Shown here piece after piece: positions 29,531 through 41,021 of a stretch of 64,000 bases of DNA (positions within the stretch are counted from its first letter, which is position 1; each line of letters begins with the position of its first letter). Below the pieces are notes generated by a model, which saw only the letters and a list, made by a program, of their open reading frames with translations, ran no database searches and was not told where the DNA came from. The position numbers and the translations under genes are program-made. Source of the stretch: Alphaproteobacteria bacterium (GTDB taxonomy: Bacteria; Pseudomonadota; Alphaproteobacteria; UBA828); contig CBDCCI010000002.1 of assembly GCA_965214705.1 (NCBI GenBank), positions 992,001-1,056,000 of the forward strand. The letters are read 5' to 3'.

Positions 29531-30715
29531 CTACCAGAGCCGCTCGGTGGCGAGCGCGGCGCCCTCCGCAAGCATGCGTAGCTTGGCCCACGCCACGTCG
29601 TCGGCCACGAACTGGTAGCTCGCGAAGGTGCTGAAGCCGCAATCGGTGCCGGCGATCACGCGGTGCTTGTCGCCCATCACCTCGGCATAGAGGCAGATGC
29701 GATCGGCCACCACCTCCGGGTGCTCCAGATAGTTGGTGGTCACGTCGATCACGCCGGGGATCAGGATCATGGGCTCGGGCGGCGGGTTCGCCTTGAGCAC
29801 CTTCCACTCGTGCTGATGGCGCGGATTGGAGCAGGCGAGGCTGAGCGCGCCGACCTTGGCCTCGTAGAGCAGCGGCAGCAGCGGCGCGAGGTCGCAGTCG
29901 TCGATGTGGGGGCCGTCCCAGTTGCCGAAGCAGACGTGGAGGCGGCTCTTCTCCGCCGGGATGTCGGCGACGGCCACGTTGAGCGCCCTGATATGCAGTT
30001 CCACCCGCTCCAAGAACTCGTCGAGCGGGCGGTCCTGGAACATGAATTGGCGCTCCATGGCGAGGTCCGGGGCGTCGATCTGCAGCAGGTGACCCGAGGC
30101 GACGATCGCGTCGTACTCCTTCTTGAGCTCGTGGCCGAGCGCCATGACGTAGTCCTCGTCGCGCGGATAGTCGGGATTGTCTTCGGCCCGCAGCATGGTG
30201 GTGGAGACGATGCCGGGCGAGGCGGCGGTGACGAACGTCTCGGCGAAGCTTCCGGCGGAGCGTTCGAGCGACGCCGCGAAGTGGTCGAGCTCGAAGGTCA
30301 CGTCGGCAAGATCGGGCTCGTACTCGACGGCGGTCTGCGCCTGCGGCGCGTTCCAGACCTTCGGCCGCTCCTTGTCCCGGCTCCAGGTACGCTCGCTGAA
30401 CATCTGCGCGTAGCCAGGGAACTTGACCATATCGGTGAGCATCTTGCGCTGGGATTCGCCGCCGAAGCCCGACATGCGCTGCGGCACGTAGGTCTGGAAG
30501 CCGACGCGGGACTCCTCACCGTCGTTGCCGATATCGACGCCGCTCTCCATCTGCTTGGCGACGACCCAGTCGATTCCGTTGGCGACTGCCTGCGCGAAGG
30601 CCGTCTGGTCGATGGCCTCGCCCCGCTCGCGCTTGATGAGCAGCGTCTCAAGGGTCGGCGGGCGGGGCAGGCTGCCGGCGTGGGTGGTGAGCATGCGGTC
30701 TTCGCTGGTCAACAT
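29531..30715 (-). CDS. Cobalamin-independent methionine synthase-like (MetE C-terminal domain only) zinc protein
   Basis: TTHAGSLPRP, NDGE, LQIDAPDL, HVCFGN, PGVID, AGTDCGF; GGAGG RBS before ATG 30715. Confidence 0.88.
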   Translation of the reverse strand: MLTSEDRMLTTHAGSLPRPPTLETLLIKRERGEAIDQTAFAQAVANGIDWVVAKQMESGVDIGNDGEESRVGFQTYVPQRMSGFGGESQRKMLTDMVKFPGYAQMFSERTWSRDKERPKVWNAPQAQTAVEYEPDLADVTFELDHFAASLERSAGSFAETFVTAASPGIVSTTMLRAEDNPDYPRDEDYVMALGHELKKEYDAIVASGHLLQIDAPDLAMERQFMFQDRPLDEFLERVELHIRALNVAVADIPAEKSRLHVCFGNWDGPHIDDCDLAPLLPLLYEAKVGALSLACSNPRHQHEWKVLKANPPPEPMILIPGVIDVTTNYLEHPEVVADRICLYAEVMGDKHRVIAGTDCGFSTFASYQFVADDVAWAKLRMLAEGAALATERLW

Positions 30716-30866
30716 GGGTGCGCCTCCCGTCGGTTCCGCCACGTCTGCGGAGTGTCGCGGGCCGCTGGCGGGGACGCAACCGGCACATTCCCGTTCATTC
30801 CGCCCTTGCGGCCGCGCGCGAATTCTTTCTAATGGACCGCTCTCCAGGTGTGCGAAGGGGGCGAGG

Positions 30867-32594
30867 ATGAGCAGGCCTTACGCGCTGGTGATCCGCGGCG
30901 GCACGGTCGTGGACGGCTCAGGCGGCGAGCCTCGTGACGCGGACGTCGGGATTGCCGACGGGCTGGTGGCGGCGGTCGGACCCAATCTCGCCGCCGGCGA
31001 CGAGGAGATCGACGCCCGCGGCAAGATCGTCACGCCCGGCTTCATCGACCCCCACACCCATTACGACGCGCAGGCCACCTGGAGCAGCCAAATCACGCCG
31101 TCCTCCTGGAACGGCGTCACGACGGCGATGATGGGCAACTGCGGTGTCGGCTTCGCGCCGTGCCGGCCCGACCAGCGGGACACGCTGGTGGAGTTCATGG
31201 AAGGTGTCGAGGACATCCCCGGCGCGGTGCTGGACGAGGGGCTGCCCTGGACCTGGCAGAGCTTCGAGCAGTTCATGGATGCGCTCGATGCGAGGCCCTA
31301 CGACCTCGACATCGCGGCGCAGGTGCCGCATTCGCCGGTGCGGGTCTTCGTCATGGGCCAGCGGGGCGTGGAGCGCGAGCCCGCGACGGCTGAGGACAAC
31401 GCGGCGATGGCGGAGCTCGCGGCGGCGGGCATCCGCGCCGGCGCCTTGGGCTTCTCGACCTCGCGCACGCTCAATCACAAGACGCTGGACGGCCGCCCGA
31501 TCCCGACGCTGACCGCGGCCGAGGACGAGCTCACGGCCATCGGTGCCGCCATGGGGAGCGTTGGCGCCGGCTGGCTGCAGGTGATCTCCGATTTCGTCGA
31601 TCTCGACGAGGAGTTCGCCATGCTGCGGCGGGTGGTCGAGCGCTGCCGTCGGCCGCTGGCGATCACGATCCTGCAGGTCGATCGCGCGCCCGACGGCTGG
31701 CGCCGCATTCTCGACCATATCGCCGACGCGAACCGCGACGGCCTGCCGATCATCGGCCAGACGCTCACACGCGCGACCGGCGTCCTGCTCGGCTTCGAGA
31801 TTTCCATTAATCCGTTCTCCGGGCGGCCGAGCTGGGAGGCGATCGCCCATCTGCCGCTCGCGAAGAAGCTGGAGACCCTGCGGCAGCCGGATTTTCGTGC
31901 CCGCCTCTTCGCCGAGGAATGTGCGAACGCGTCCCTCGCCCGTCGCGTCTCCAGCTGGGACCGACTCTACCCGCTCGGCACGCCGCCGAACTACGAGCCG
32001 TCCGACGAGCAGAGCGTCGCCGCCATCGCCGCGCGCGAAGGCAAGACGCCCGAGGATGTCGCCTACGATTACCTGCTGGAACGCGACGGCAAGGCGATGC
32101 TCTACCGGCCAGTCAGCAACTACTCGGAAGGCTCGCTCGACGCGGTGGGGGAGATGCTGCGGCACCCGAACACGCTGGTGAGCCTGGGCGACGGCGGCGC
32201 CCACGTGGGCATGTTGTGCGACGCGAGTGCGTTCACCTACATGTTGATCCACTGGGTGCGCGACCGGGCGACCGGCGAGCGGATGTCGCTCCCCTGGGCG
32301 GTCAGGCGCATGACCCGCGACAACGCGCTGGCCCTCGGTCTCCGGGATCGCGGGTTGCTGCAGGCCGGCTACAAGGCCGACCTCAACGTGATCGACTACG
32401 ACCGGCTCACGCTGCACTGCCCGGAGCCGGTCTACGACCTGCCGGCCGGCGGCCGGCGCCTGATCCAGCGGGCCGAAGGTTACGTTGCAACCGTGGTCTC
32501 AGGCGCCCCGGTCTATCGCGACGGCGAGGCGACCGGCGCGCTGCCTGGCCGCCTGCTGCGGGGTCCGCAGCCCGGCCCTAGCGCCGCCGCTTAA
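30867..32594 (+). CDS. N-acyl-D-amino-acid deacylase-like amidohydrolase
   Basis: IRGGTVVDGSG, PGFIDPHTHYD, GNCGVGFAP, DGGAHV, ADLNVID. Confidence 0.92.
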   Translation: MSRPYALVIRGGTVVDGSGGEPRDADVGIADGLVAAVGPNLAAGDEEIDARGKIVTPGFIDPHTHYDAQATWSSQITPSSWNGVTTAMMGNCGVGFAPCRPDQRDTLVEFMEGVEDIPGAVLDEGLPWTWQSFEQFMDALDARPYDLDIAAQVPHSPVRVFVMGQRGVEREPATAEDNAAMAELAAAGIRAGALGFSTSRTLNHKTLDGRPIPTLTAAEDELTAIGAAMGSVGAGWLQVISDFVDLDEEFAMLRRVVERCRRPLAITILQVDRAPDGWRRILDHIADANRDGLPIIGQTLTRATGVLLGFEISINPFSGRPSWEAIAHLPLAKKLETLRQPDFRARLFAEECANASLARRVSSWDRLYPLGTPPNYEPSDEQSVAAIAAREGKTPEDVAYDYLLERDGKAMLYRPVSNYSEGSLDAVGEMLRHPNTLVSLGDGGAHVGMLCDASAFTYMLIHWVRDRATGERMSLPWAVRRMTRDNALALGLRDRGLLQAGYKADLNVIDYDRLTLHCPEPVYDLPAGGRRLIQRAEGYVATVVSGAPVYRDGEATGALPGRLLRGPQPGPSAAA

Positions 32595-32625
32595 GGGCAG
32601 CACTCCTCGGTCGACGATTATTGCG

Positions 32626-32731
32626 GGAGCGCGTCCGTCGATGACGGACGCGCGACAGGCCGCGACCGCGGCCCGCCGCGTTAGCGGCGCCCTCGCGGAG
32701 GCGCCGGCCGCAGGCCGGCTGCCGTGAGCGA
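32626..32731 (+). repeat. Structured intergenic repeat A, copy 1
   Basis: GGAGC-hairpin-GCGACAGGCCGCGACCGCGGCC-CGCCGC(GTTA)GCGGCG-CCCTCGCGGAGGC-GCCGGCC(GCA)GGCCGGC-TGCCGTGAGCGA; between convergent genes. Confidence 0.9.
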
Positions 32732-32739
32732 ATAATGCT

Positions 32740-34041
<1,302 letters not shown>

Positions 34042-34051
34042 CTCATCCTCC

Positions 34052-35662
34052 TCAATCGGCGCTCTCGCCGTCATGGATGGTGTTCAACACTTTGTAAGCA
34101 GGAAGCGTCAGGAAGTCGGGGAAGCCATTCGCCGTCCCGACCTGGGTGAAGAGGGCGACCGCATCGTCGAAGTGCCCCTCCTCGTAACGGGTCTCGCCGA
34201 GCACATCCCTGAGGGCTGCGACCTCCTCGGCGACCAGCCGGTCAACCAGCGCCCAGTCGACCGCGCGGCCGTCCGTGAGCCGCGCGCCGTGGCGCAGGCA
34301 CTGCCAGAGCTGGGCACGGCTGATCTCGGCGGTGGCCGCGTCTTCCATCAGGTTGTAGAGGGGCACGGCGCCGCGGCCCGCCAACCACGCCTCGATGTAC
34401 TGGATGGCCACGCGGATGTTGTTGCGCAGCCCCTCCTCGGTGAGCTCGCCTTCGGGGACGGCGAGCAGATCGGCCTCTGTCACGGTCACGTTGCCGAGCT
34501 GCCGCGACACCTGATTGGCCTCCGGCATCGACCGGTCGAAGACCTCGCGCGCGATCGGCACGAGCCCCGGATGGGCGACCCAGGTGCCGTCGTGGCCGTC
34601 GCCGGCCTCGCGCTCCTTGTCCGCGCGGACCTTGCCGAACGCCTCTTCGTTCGCCGCATCGTCGCCCTTGATGGGGATCTGCGCCGCCATGCCGCCCATC
34701 GCGTGCGCGCCGCGCCGATGACAGGTCTTGATCAGGAGCCGGCTGTAGGCGCGCATGAAGGGCTGGGTCATGGTGACGAGGCCGCGATCCGGCAGCACCC
34801 AGCCGGGACGGTTCCGGAAGGTCTTGATGACGCTGAAGATGTAGTCCCAACGGCCGCAATTGAGGCCGACGATGTGGTCCTTCAGCGCGTGCAGGATCTC
34901 GTCCATCTCGAAGGCGGCGGTGATGGTCTCGATCAGCACCGTGGTCTTGATCGTGCCGACGGGAAGGCCGAGTTCCTCCTGCGCCGCGACGAAGACGTCG
35001 TTCCAGAGCGCCGCCTCTTCGTAGTGCTCCAGCTTGGGCAGATAGAAGTAGGGGCCCGTGCCGTTGGCGCGCAGTTCCACCGCGTTGTGGAAGAAATAGA
35101 GCCCGAAATCGAACAGGCTGGCAGAGGCCGGGCGGCCGTCGACGACGAGGTGTGCCTCCTCCAGATGCCAGCCGCGCGGGCGGACGATTAGCGTCGCCGT
35201 CTCGTCGCCCAGCGCATAGGACTTGCCGGAGTTCGGGTCGGTCATGGCGATGGTGCGGCGGGACGCATCGCGCAGATTGACCTGGCCCGCGATCATCGCC
35301 TCCCAGGTGGGCGATGCGGCGTCCTCGAAATCGGCCATGAAGCACGAGGCGCCGCAGTTGAGCGCGTTGATGATCATCTTGCGATCGACCGGGCCGGTGA
35401 TCTCCACCCGCCGGTCGGCGAGATCGGCCGGCGTGCCCGCGATGGTCCAGTCGCCCTCGCGGATCGCCTTGGTGTCGGGCCGGAAGGCCGGGTCTTCGCC
35501 GGCGTCGATGCGGGCCTGGAATGCCGCGCGGGCCTCGAGCAGGCGCCGCCGCTCGTCGCCGAAGCGGCGCTCCAGCATGGCGACGAAGGCGCAGGCCTCG
35601 TCGGTCACGACCTCGGCGAGGCCAGGGACGGCGGGCCCGTTGATCTCGATTCCAGCGTTCAT
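34052..35662 (-). CDS. aceB: Malate synthase A
   Basis: [52 protein letters not shown]. Confidence 0.97.
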   Translation of the reverse strand: MNAGIEINGPAVPGLAEVVTDEACAFVAMLERRFGDERRRLLEARAAFQARIDAGEDPAFRPDTKAIREGDWTIAGTPADLADRRVEITGPVDRKMIINALNCGASCFMADFEDAASPTWEAMIAGQVNLRDASRRTIAMTDPNSGKSYALGDETATLIVRPRGWHLEEAHLVVDGRPASASLFDFGLYFFHNAVELRANGTGPYFYLPKLEHYEEAALWNDVFVAAQEELGLPVGTIKTTVLIETITAAFEMDEILHALKDHIVGLNCGRWDYIFSVIKTFRNRPGWVLPDRGLVTMTQPFMRAYSRLLIKTCHRRGAHAMGGMAAQIPIKGDDAANEEAFGKVRADKEREAGDGHDGTWVAHPGLVPIAREVFDRSMPEANQVSRQLGNVTVTEADLLAVPEGELTEEGLRNNIRVAIQYIEAWLAGRGAVPLYNLMEDAATAEISRAQLWQCLRHGARLTDGRAVDWALVDRLVAEEVAALRDVLGETRYEEGHFDDAVALFTQVGTANGFPDFLTLPAYKVLNTIHDGESAD

Positions 35663-35759
35663 GGGCGCTCGGTCGTCCCCGCTGCGGCTCTCCGGCATTG
35701 CGAGCTACTCCTTACGTGTTGCATCGCAATACGACATGAATGTCGCGCGATGCGGCGGA

Positions 35760-35845
35760 AATGTCTATAACATGTTGTAAAAAACCGTGTATTTCATTCA
35801 CATTTAGTATGTGAATTGTTGTGGTGTTGTAAATTCGATAAAATT
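35760..35845. promoter_or_regulatory. AT-rich divergent control region with candidate RamB/ScfR sites
   Basis: TTGTAAA at 35775-35781 and 35827-35833; perfect inverted repeat ATTCACAT-N5-ATGTGAAT at 35796-35816. Confidence 0.55.
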
Positions 35846-35893
35846 GCGTGGCCGCGCACGGGGCGCGGCCGTCGCTACAATACGGAGAAGGCC

Positions 35894-37330
35894 ATGCAAG
35901 GCAAGGTCATGGCAGGTCAGAGAGTCCGCCGGCTCCGCCGAGAACGCGGGCTGACTCAGGCGCGCATGGCAGCGCAACTCGGAATCTCCACGAGTTACCT
36001 CAATCTGATCGAGCGCAGCCAGCGCCCGGTGACGGTTCCTTTCCTGCTCAAGCTCGGCCAGGCCTTCGACATCGACCTTCAGCGCTTCGCGGAGGACGAC
36101 GAGGGGCGGGTCACCGCTCAGCTCCGGGAGGTCTTCGGCGATCCGCTGTTCGCGCGCAGCCAAGTGAGCGACCAGGACATCCGCGACGCGGCCCAGGCAA
36201 GCCCGGCGCTGGGCGATGCCGTCATCCGCCTGTTCGGCGCCTACCGCGACCTGCTGGAGAACACGGCGAACATTGCAGAGGGTCTCGGCGACGCTGCGAT
36301 GGATGGCCCGTCGGCCCCGTTAACGGGGGCTGCCGGAATTCCGAGCGACGTGGTGCATGATTTCATCCAGGCCCGGTCTGGCTATTTTCCCGAGCTGGAG
36401 GAGGCCGCCGAGCAGCTCTGGGCCGACGCGGGCCTCGATGCCGATGGCCTCTACGAGGGATTGCGGGCCGTCCTCACGGACGGCCACGGCCTCAAGGTCC
36501 GCATCATGCCCGCGCATGTCATGCACGACCTGGTCCGGCGCTACGACCGCCACGGCCGGCGCGTGCTGCTTTCTGACGCGCTGGCGCCGGAGGAACGGGT
36601 CTTCCAACTGGCCTTTCAGGCCGCAGTGCTCGGCTGGCGCGAGCTTTTCGATGACATCGCTGGCGAAGCGGGCCTTCAGGGACAGGCGCGCCACCTCCTC
36701 ATTATCGAATTGGCGGGCTATTTCGCTGCCGCCTGCGTCATGCCCTACGAGCGCTTCCACGAGGCTGCCGAAGCGCTTGACTACGACATCGATCTTCTCG
36801 GCCGGCGCTTCGGCGCGTCGTTCGAGCACGTCTGCCAGCGGCTCGTCACCCTGCAGCGGCCGGGGGCCAAGGGCGTGCCATTCTTCCTCGTCCATATCGA
36901 CTGCGCCGGCAACGTGCTGCGCCGCTTCGACGCCGGCGGCTTCCGCTTCGCCCGTTTCGGCGGGCTCTGCCCGCGCTGGGGCGTGCACCGCACCTTTCAG
37001 TCTCAAGGGGAGAACCGCCTCGACCTGGTCGAGATGCCGGACGGCGCGCGCTTCCTCACCATCGCACGCGCAGTCTCGCGGCCGGGTGCCGGCCATGCGC
37101 TGCCGGGTCAGCAACTGGTGGTCGCGATCGGCTGCCCGCTCTCACACGCGAATCGCCTGGTTTACGGCGCGGGCCTCGACCTCGAGCGGCCTGCGGGGGC
37201 CGTTCCCATCGGCATCAACTGCCGGCTGTGCGATCGCGCGGACTGCACGGCGCGCGCCTTCCCGCCGCCGGGCCGCCGCCTGATCGTGGACGAGAACCAG
37301 CAGGGAATGACGCCCTACTTCTTCTCCTAG
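35894..37330 (+). CDS. ramB: XRE/ScfR-family regulator (RamB-like) of the glyoxylate shunt
   Basis: N-terminal HTH (LTQARMAAQLGISTSYLNLIE..QRPVT), ASFEHVCQRL, C-terminal CRLCDRADC..RAFP; divergent from aceBA. Confidence 0.85.
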   Translation: MQGKVMAGQRVRRLRRERGLTQARMAAQLGISTSYLNLIERSQRPVTVPFLLKLGQAFDIDLQRFAEDDEGRVTAQLREVFGDPLFARSQVSDQDIRDAAQASPALGDAVIRLFGAYRDLLENTANIAEGLGDAAMDGPSAPLTGAAGIPSDVVHDFIQARSGYFPELEEAAEQLWADAGLDADGLYEGLRAVLTDGHGLKVRIMPAHVMHDLVRRYDRHGRRVLLSDALAPEERVFQLAFQAAVLGWRELFDDIAGEAGLQGQARHLLIIELAGYFAAACVMPYERFHEAAEALDYDIDLLGRRFGASFEHVCQRLVTLQRPGAKGVPFFLVHIDCAGNVLRRFDAGGFRFARFGGLCPRWGVHRTFQSQGENRLDLVEMPDGARFLTIARAVSRPGAGHALPGQQLVVAIGCPLSHANRLVYGAGLDLERPAGAVPIGINCRLCDRADCTARAFPPPGRRLIVDENQQGMTPYFFS

Positions 37331-37361
37331 AGCGTTTCCGTCTTGCATGGAAACGCTCTAG
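37327..37361. repeat. CTAG-flanked short palindrome (REP/RIME-like; possible terminator)
   Basis: CTAG-AGCGTTTCC-N9-GGAAACGCT-CTAG; the first CTAG contains the ramB stop codon. Confidence 0.75.
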
Positions 37362-37510
37362 GGAACCTCTGATTTATCAGGGGTTCCCGTGGCACAGGGA
37401 TGTGCCACCATTTTCGGTGGCTGTAAGTCACTGAAAATGTGAGCAAAGCGGAAAGCGCGCTTCCGCCTTGCGCGTCTGAGAAATGCAGGAGGCACTTATT
37501 CAGACCTTCC
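37362..37510. mobile_element. IS5-like miniature element (MITE), 149 bp, no transposase
   Basis: Ends GGAACCTCTGATTTA and (rc) GGAAGGTCTGAATAA, similar to the IS5 end GGAAGGTGCGAAYAA; CTAG on both sides (37358-37361, 37511-37514). Confidence 0.7.
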
Positions 37511-37522
37511 CTAGCTTCTTTG

Positions 37523-37655
37523 TCGCTCACGGCAGCCGGCCTACGGCCGGCGCCTCCGCGTCGCGCGTCCACGCGCGCGGGCGCGCGATGGCGCCGCAGG
37601 AGCGGCGGGCCGCGGTTGCGGCCTGTCGCACGTCCGTCAAAGACGGACATGCTCT
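37523..37655 (-). repeat. Structured intergenic repeat A, copy 2 (with internal insertion)
   Basis: Reverse complement matches copy 1, with different loops and an extra GC-rich hairpin segment. Confidence 0.88.
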
Positions 37656-37677
37656 AAGCCTCTCCCCGTCCGCCACC

Positions 37678-37919
37678 CCGGACCATGGTGCGGTGCACAG
37701 AGCGCGGTGGTTGCGCCAGCATCGCGACATGAGGAGCACGTTCATTCAACGCGAAAGCGAGCGGGCCGCAATGGGCGGAAGGACGTTCAAGCAGTCCGCA
37801 CCGTTGTCCGCGTCGCAACGAGGGATGGCCGCCGCTCCGGTCCGCAATGAGCCACCTTGGGCCGCGCGTCTCGGACCACCTTGGGCCACTTTGGGCCGGA
37901 GTAGGCCGGAATAGGCCGC
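37678..37919 (+). repeat. Dispersed repeat B, copy 1 (conserved core plus 10-bp-period tail)
   Basis: Reverse-complement match to 58118-58379; tail units such as CACCTTGGGC, CGGAGTAGGC, CGGAATAGGC. Confidence 0.88.
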
Positions 37920-37925
37920 TTTAAA

Positions 37926-40017
37926 CCGAACTTCCGTTAGCATCTGATTGCCGATCTGGCCGGATTTTGCCTGTTTCCGCCCTTTCTGCGCAGTTTAGCG
38001 CCCGGTTTGGCGCGAAATTCCCGAAATGATCGCCGAAACCGCCGCGATTCGGCGCTCCAGCGCTGGATCACGCCGTCCCGGCGCATCCACCAAAACCTGA
38101 ATACTAGTCAGTAGATAGTTTTCTCGTTACGATAATTGCTCCGCATTCCCAAGCCTTTCCGATATGATTGCCGCGATTCGCTAGGCAGATCGATATGCAC
38201 ATCGAAACCACCCGGTCCGGAAACTCCCGCTGCCACCTCCTCAGACAGTCCTACTGGCAGGACGGAAAACCCAAGAAGCGCACCCTGTGCAACCTCTCCG
38301 CCCTCCCGGAACACGCCATCGAAGCCCTCAAACGCGCCCTCAAGCGCGGACCCGCCCTCAATCCCGACAGCGCCGACGTCGAACTGCGCGCCAGCCGGGC
38401 GCACGGCGCCGTCAGCGCCGTTCTCGGCACCCTTCGCGACATCGGCCTCGACCGCGTCATCTTCCACCGGCCCGATCGCCGCAGGGCCCTCGTCATCGCC
38501 ATGATCGTCGCCCGCCTGATCCGGCCCGGCGCCAAGCTGCGCGTCGAGCGCGAACTGGGAGCGGCCGGCACAACCACCCTCGCCGCCCTGCTCGGCGTCG
38601 AAGGCGTCAGCGTCGACGAACTCTACGCCGCCATGGACTGGCTGGGCGCGCGACAGGGCGCGATCGAGCGCAAGCTCGCCCGGCGCCATCTCGGAGAGGA
38701 CGATCTCGTCCTCTACGACGTGTCCTCGAGCTACATGGAGGGCAACGCCTGCCCCATGGCGAAGCGCGGCTATTCGAGGGATCGCCGGGGCGACCGCCCG
38801 CAGATCGTCTACGGCCTCCTCTGCACCCGCGATGGCTGTCCGGTCTCGATCGAGGCCTTCGCCGGCAACACCGGCGACCCGATGACTCTGGCCAGCCAGG
38901 TGCGCAAGGTCCGCGACAGCTTCGGCATCCGGCGGGTGGTGTTGGTGGGGGACCGCGGCATGATCGCGCAGACCCGCATCGACCGCGACCTCGCGCCCAA
39001 CGGCATCGACTGGATCACGGCGCTGCGCGCATCCTCGATCCGCAAGCTCGTCGACCGGGGGCATGTCACGCCCGGCCTGTTCGACACCTGGGGCCTCGCG
39101 CGGGTGACCACGCCGGACTATCCCGGCGAGAGGCTGATCGTCTGCTACAACCCGGTTCTGGCGGCCGAGCGCAAGCGCAACCGCGACGGGCTGCTCAATG
39201 CGACCGAGACGGACGCGCGCGATTTCGCCGCGCGCCACGCCGCCGGCGACATCGACCGCGACGAGTTGAACCGTCGGCTGGGAACCTTGCGCCGCCGCAA
39301 GATGGCCAAGCACTTCCGCTTCGAATTCGACGAGGGCAGCGGCACCTTCAGTTGCGAACGCGACCGGGCGTCGATCGACGCCGAGGCCGCCCTCGACGGT
39401 CTCTACGTCATACGCACCAACGTGGACGAGGACGAGATCGAGGACGTCGAGGCGGTCCGCGTCTACAAGAGCCTGTCACGCGTCGAGCGCGCCTTCCGCT
39501 CGCTCAAGACGGTGTCGTTGCGGATCCGCCCGATCTTCCACTGGCGCGACGACCGAGTACGGGCGCATCTTCTGATCTGCATGCTGGCTTGGTATGTCGA
39601 GTGGCACATGCGCCGCAGGCTGGCGCCGCTGCTGTTCGCCGAGGAGGACGGAGCGCCGCTGTCCGCGAACCCGGTGGCGCCGCCGGAACGCTCGGAAAAG
39701 GCCCGGCGCAAGGACAAGCGCCGAAAGACGGATGATGGACTTGCGGTGTGCGACTTCCGCGATCTCCTCGGCCATCTCGGCACGCTTGCTGCCACTGAGA
39801 TCGCCACCGGAACCGACTTCGCCGTGCCCGCCCTGACCAAGCCGACCGAACTGCAGGAAAGGGCGTTCGCATTGCTCGGGCTGCGGCCCCATCCTGCGCC
39901 CGCGCTCACCGAAAAGGGGATGACCACCGCCAAACCTGTCCAGTAATCGTCGCTTCGAAACTCGCCGAAACCCCTGCCGCACAACGGTTCTTTGACTATC
40001 CCACACTGGAAGTTCGG
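37926..40017 (+). mobile_element. IS1634-family element
   Basis: TIR CCGAACTTCC/GGAAGTTCGG flanked on both sides by TTTAAA (37920-37925, 40018-40023); exact TIR/TSD boundary is ambiguous because the flank is palindromic. Confidence 0.88.
38195..39946 (+). CDS. IS1634-family transposase
   Basis: MHIE start, VLYDVSSSY, GYSRD, LVGDRGM, LDGLYVIRT, YKSLSRVERAFRSLKT, RPIFH..RVRAH. Confidence 0.93.
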   Translation: MHIETTRSGNSRCHLLRQSYWQDGKPKKRTLCNLSALPEHAIEALKRALKRGPALNPDSADVELRASRAHGAVSAVLGTLRDIGLDRVIFHRPDRRRALVIAMIVARLIRPGAKLRVERELGAAGTTTLAALLGVEGVSVDELYAAMDWLGARQGAIERKLARRHLGEDDLVLYDVSSSYMEGNACPMAKRGYSRDRRGDRPQIVYGLLCTRDGCPVSIEAFAGNTGDPMTLASQVRKVRDSFGIRRVVLVGDRGMIAQTRIDRDLAPNGIDWITALRASSIRKLVDRGHVTPGLFDTWGLARVTTPDYPGERLIVCYNPVLAAERKRNRDGLLNATETDARDFAARHAAGDIDRDELNRRLGTLRRRKMAKHFRFEFDEGSGTFSCERDRASIDAEAALDGLYVIRTNVDEDEIEDVEAVRVYKSLSRVERAFRSLKTVSLRIRPIFHWRDDRVRAHLLICMLAWYVEWHMRRRLAPLLFAEEDGAPLSANPVAPPERSEKARRKDKRRKTDDGLAVCDFRDLLGHLGTLAATEIATGTDFAVPALTKPTELQERAFALLGLRPHPAPALTEKGMTTAKPVQ

Positions 40018-40091
40018 TTTAAAACCTTCTTTCGGAACTTGCCGGGATTCTTCACCCGTCTCGGGCAGGCGGCGCGGCGCGACCTCGGCTG

Positions 40092-41000
40092 TCAGGCTGC
40101 CGGCACCACCGCGCCGTCCCAGCCCGCAGACGCGAGCACTCCTTTGTCCACGATCAGGCGTGCCGCCATGGTGGGCCGGGGCGAGGTGCCGATGCGGAGC
40201 TCGCCCACGATGCCGAGCAGCATGTAAGCCTCGCGGCGCGAGAGCCCGGTCCAGCGCGAAACCAGACCGACCGCGGCGTCCGACGCGTCCTCGGTCGCGG
40301 CCTCCACCGAGGGGCCGTAGCCCACGATCTGCACCGTCCCGTTATGCTCGAAGATCGGCCGCTCTACCGGGCTCGCCTTGTTCAGGGCGATGCGCGCCCG
40401 CACCTGCGCCGAGCACTCGACTCCGGTGCCGCTGATGATGCCGTCGCTGATCGCGGCGTGCGGGTCGGCCATGAAGATGAGCGCGTCGTCGACCATGACC
40501 GGCAGGTGAACCCGCGCGCCGACACCCACGTCGCGCTGGTCGAAGTCGCCGCCGTAGGGCCCGGCGTGGGAGGGGCGGTAGCCCTCCGGCGGCATCGTCG
40601 ACAGCGTGCCGAGATTGGGCGCGAGCGGGATCGCCACCCGGTCGCCGAACCAGGCCTGACCGTCACGGATCGGGCAGGCGACGATGGCGGGCTCCTCGAA
40701 CTCCTCCTTGAGCACGCCGAAGTCGCGCAGCACCGCGTTGGCGCCCTCGCCGAACGGCTCGATCGAGAGCAGGTCGATCGCCACAGAATCCCCCGGCTGC
40801 GCGCCGCGCACGGCGATCGGCCCGGTCACCGGCGCGAGCGGATGCCCTTCGGACGCCGGCGTAAACGGCGTCGGCACCTCGGCAATGTCCTCGATGTCGT
40901 CGAAGGCGCCGTCCACCGTGACCTCGATCTCCGTGCCGGGGTCGATGGTCATTGCCGGCGGGGTCGAGGGGCCGACGGTGAAGAGATAGGTCTTGCCCAT
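40092..41000 (-). CDS. Acetamidase/formamidase-family protein
   Basis: TGPIAVRGAQPGD, GGDFD, DPHAAISDG..SGTGVE, AYMLLGIVGELRI. Confidence 0.85.
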   Translation of the reverse strand: MGKTYLFTVGPSTPPAMTIDPGTEIEVTVDGAFDDIEDIAEVPTPFTPASEGHPLAPVTGPIAVRGAQPGDSVAIDLLSIEPFGEGANAVLRDFGVLKEEFEEPAIVACPIRDGQAWFGDRVAIPLAPNLGTLSTMPPEGYRPSHAGPYGGDFDQRDVGVGARVHLPVMVDDALIFMADPHAAISDGIISGTGVECSAQVRARIALNKASPVERPIFEHNGTVQIVGYGPSVEAATEDASDAAVGLVSRWTGLSRREAYMLLGIVGELRIGTSPRPTMAARLIVDKGVLASAGWDGAVVPAA

Positions 41001-41021
41001 GTTCCTGCTCCAAGCGCCCGT

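Noticed and set aside
37483-37914. 143-aa ORF (and 58143..58406) sharing a peptide sequence
   Set aside because: The similarity comes from the DNA repeats; substitutions between copies are mostly non-synonymous and the ORF ends do not correspond.
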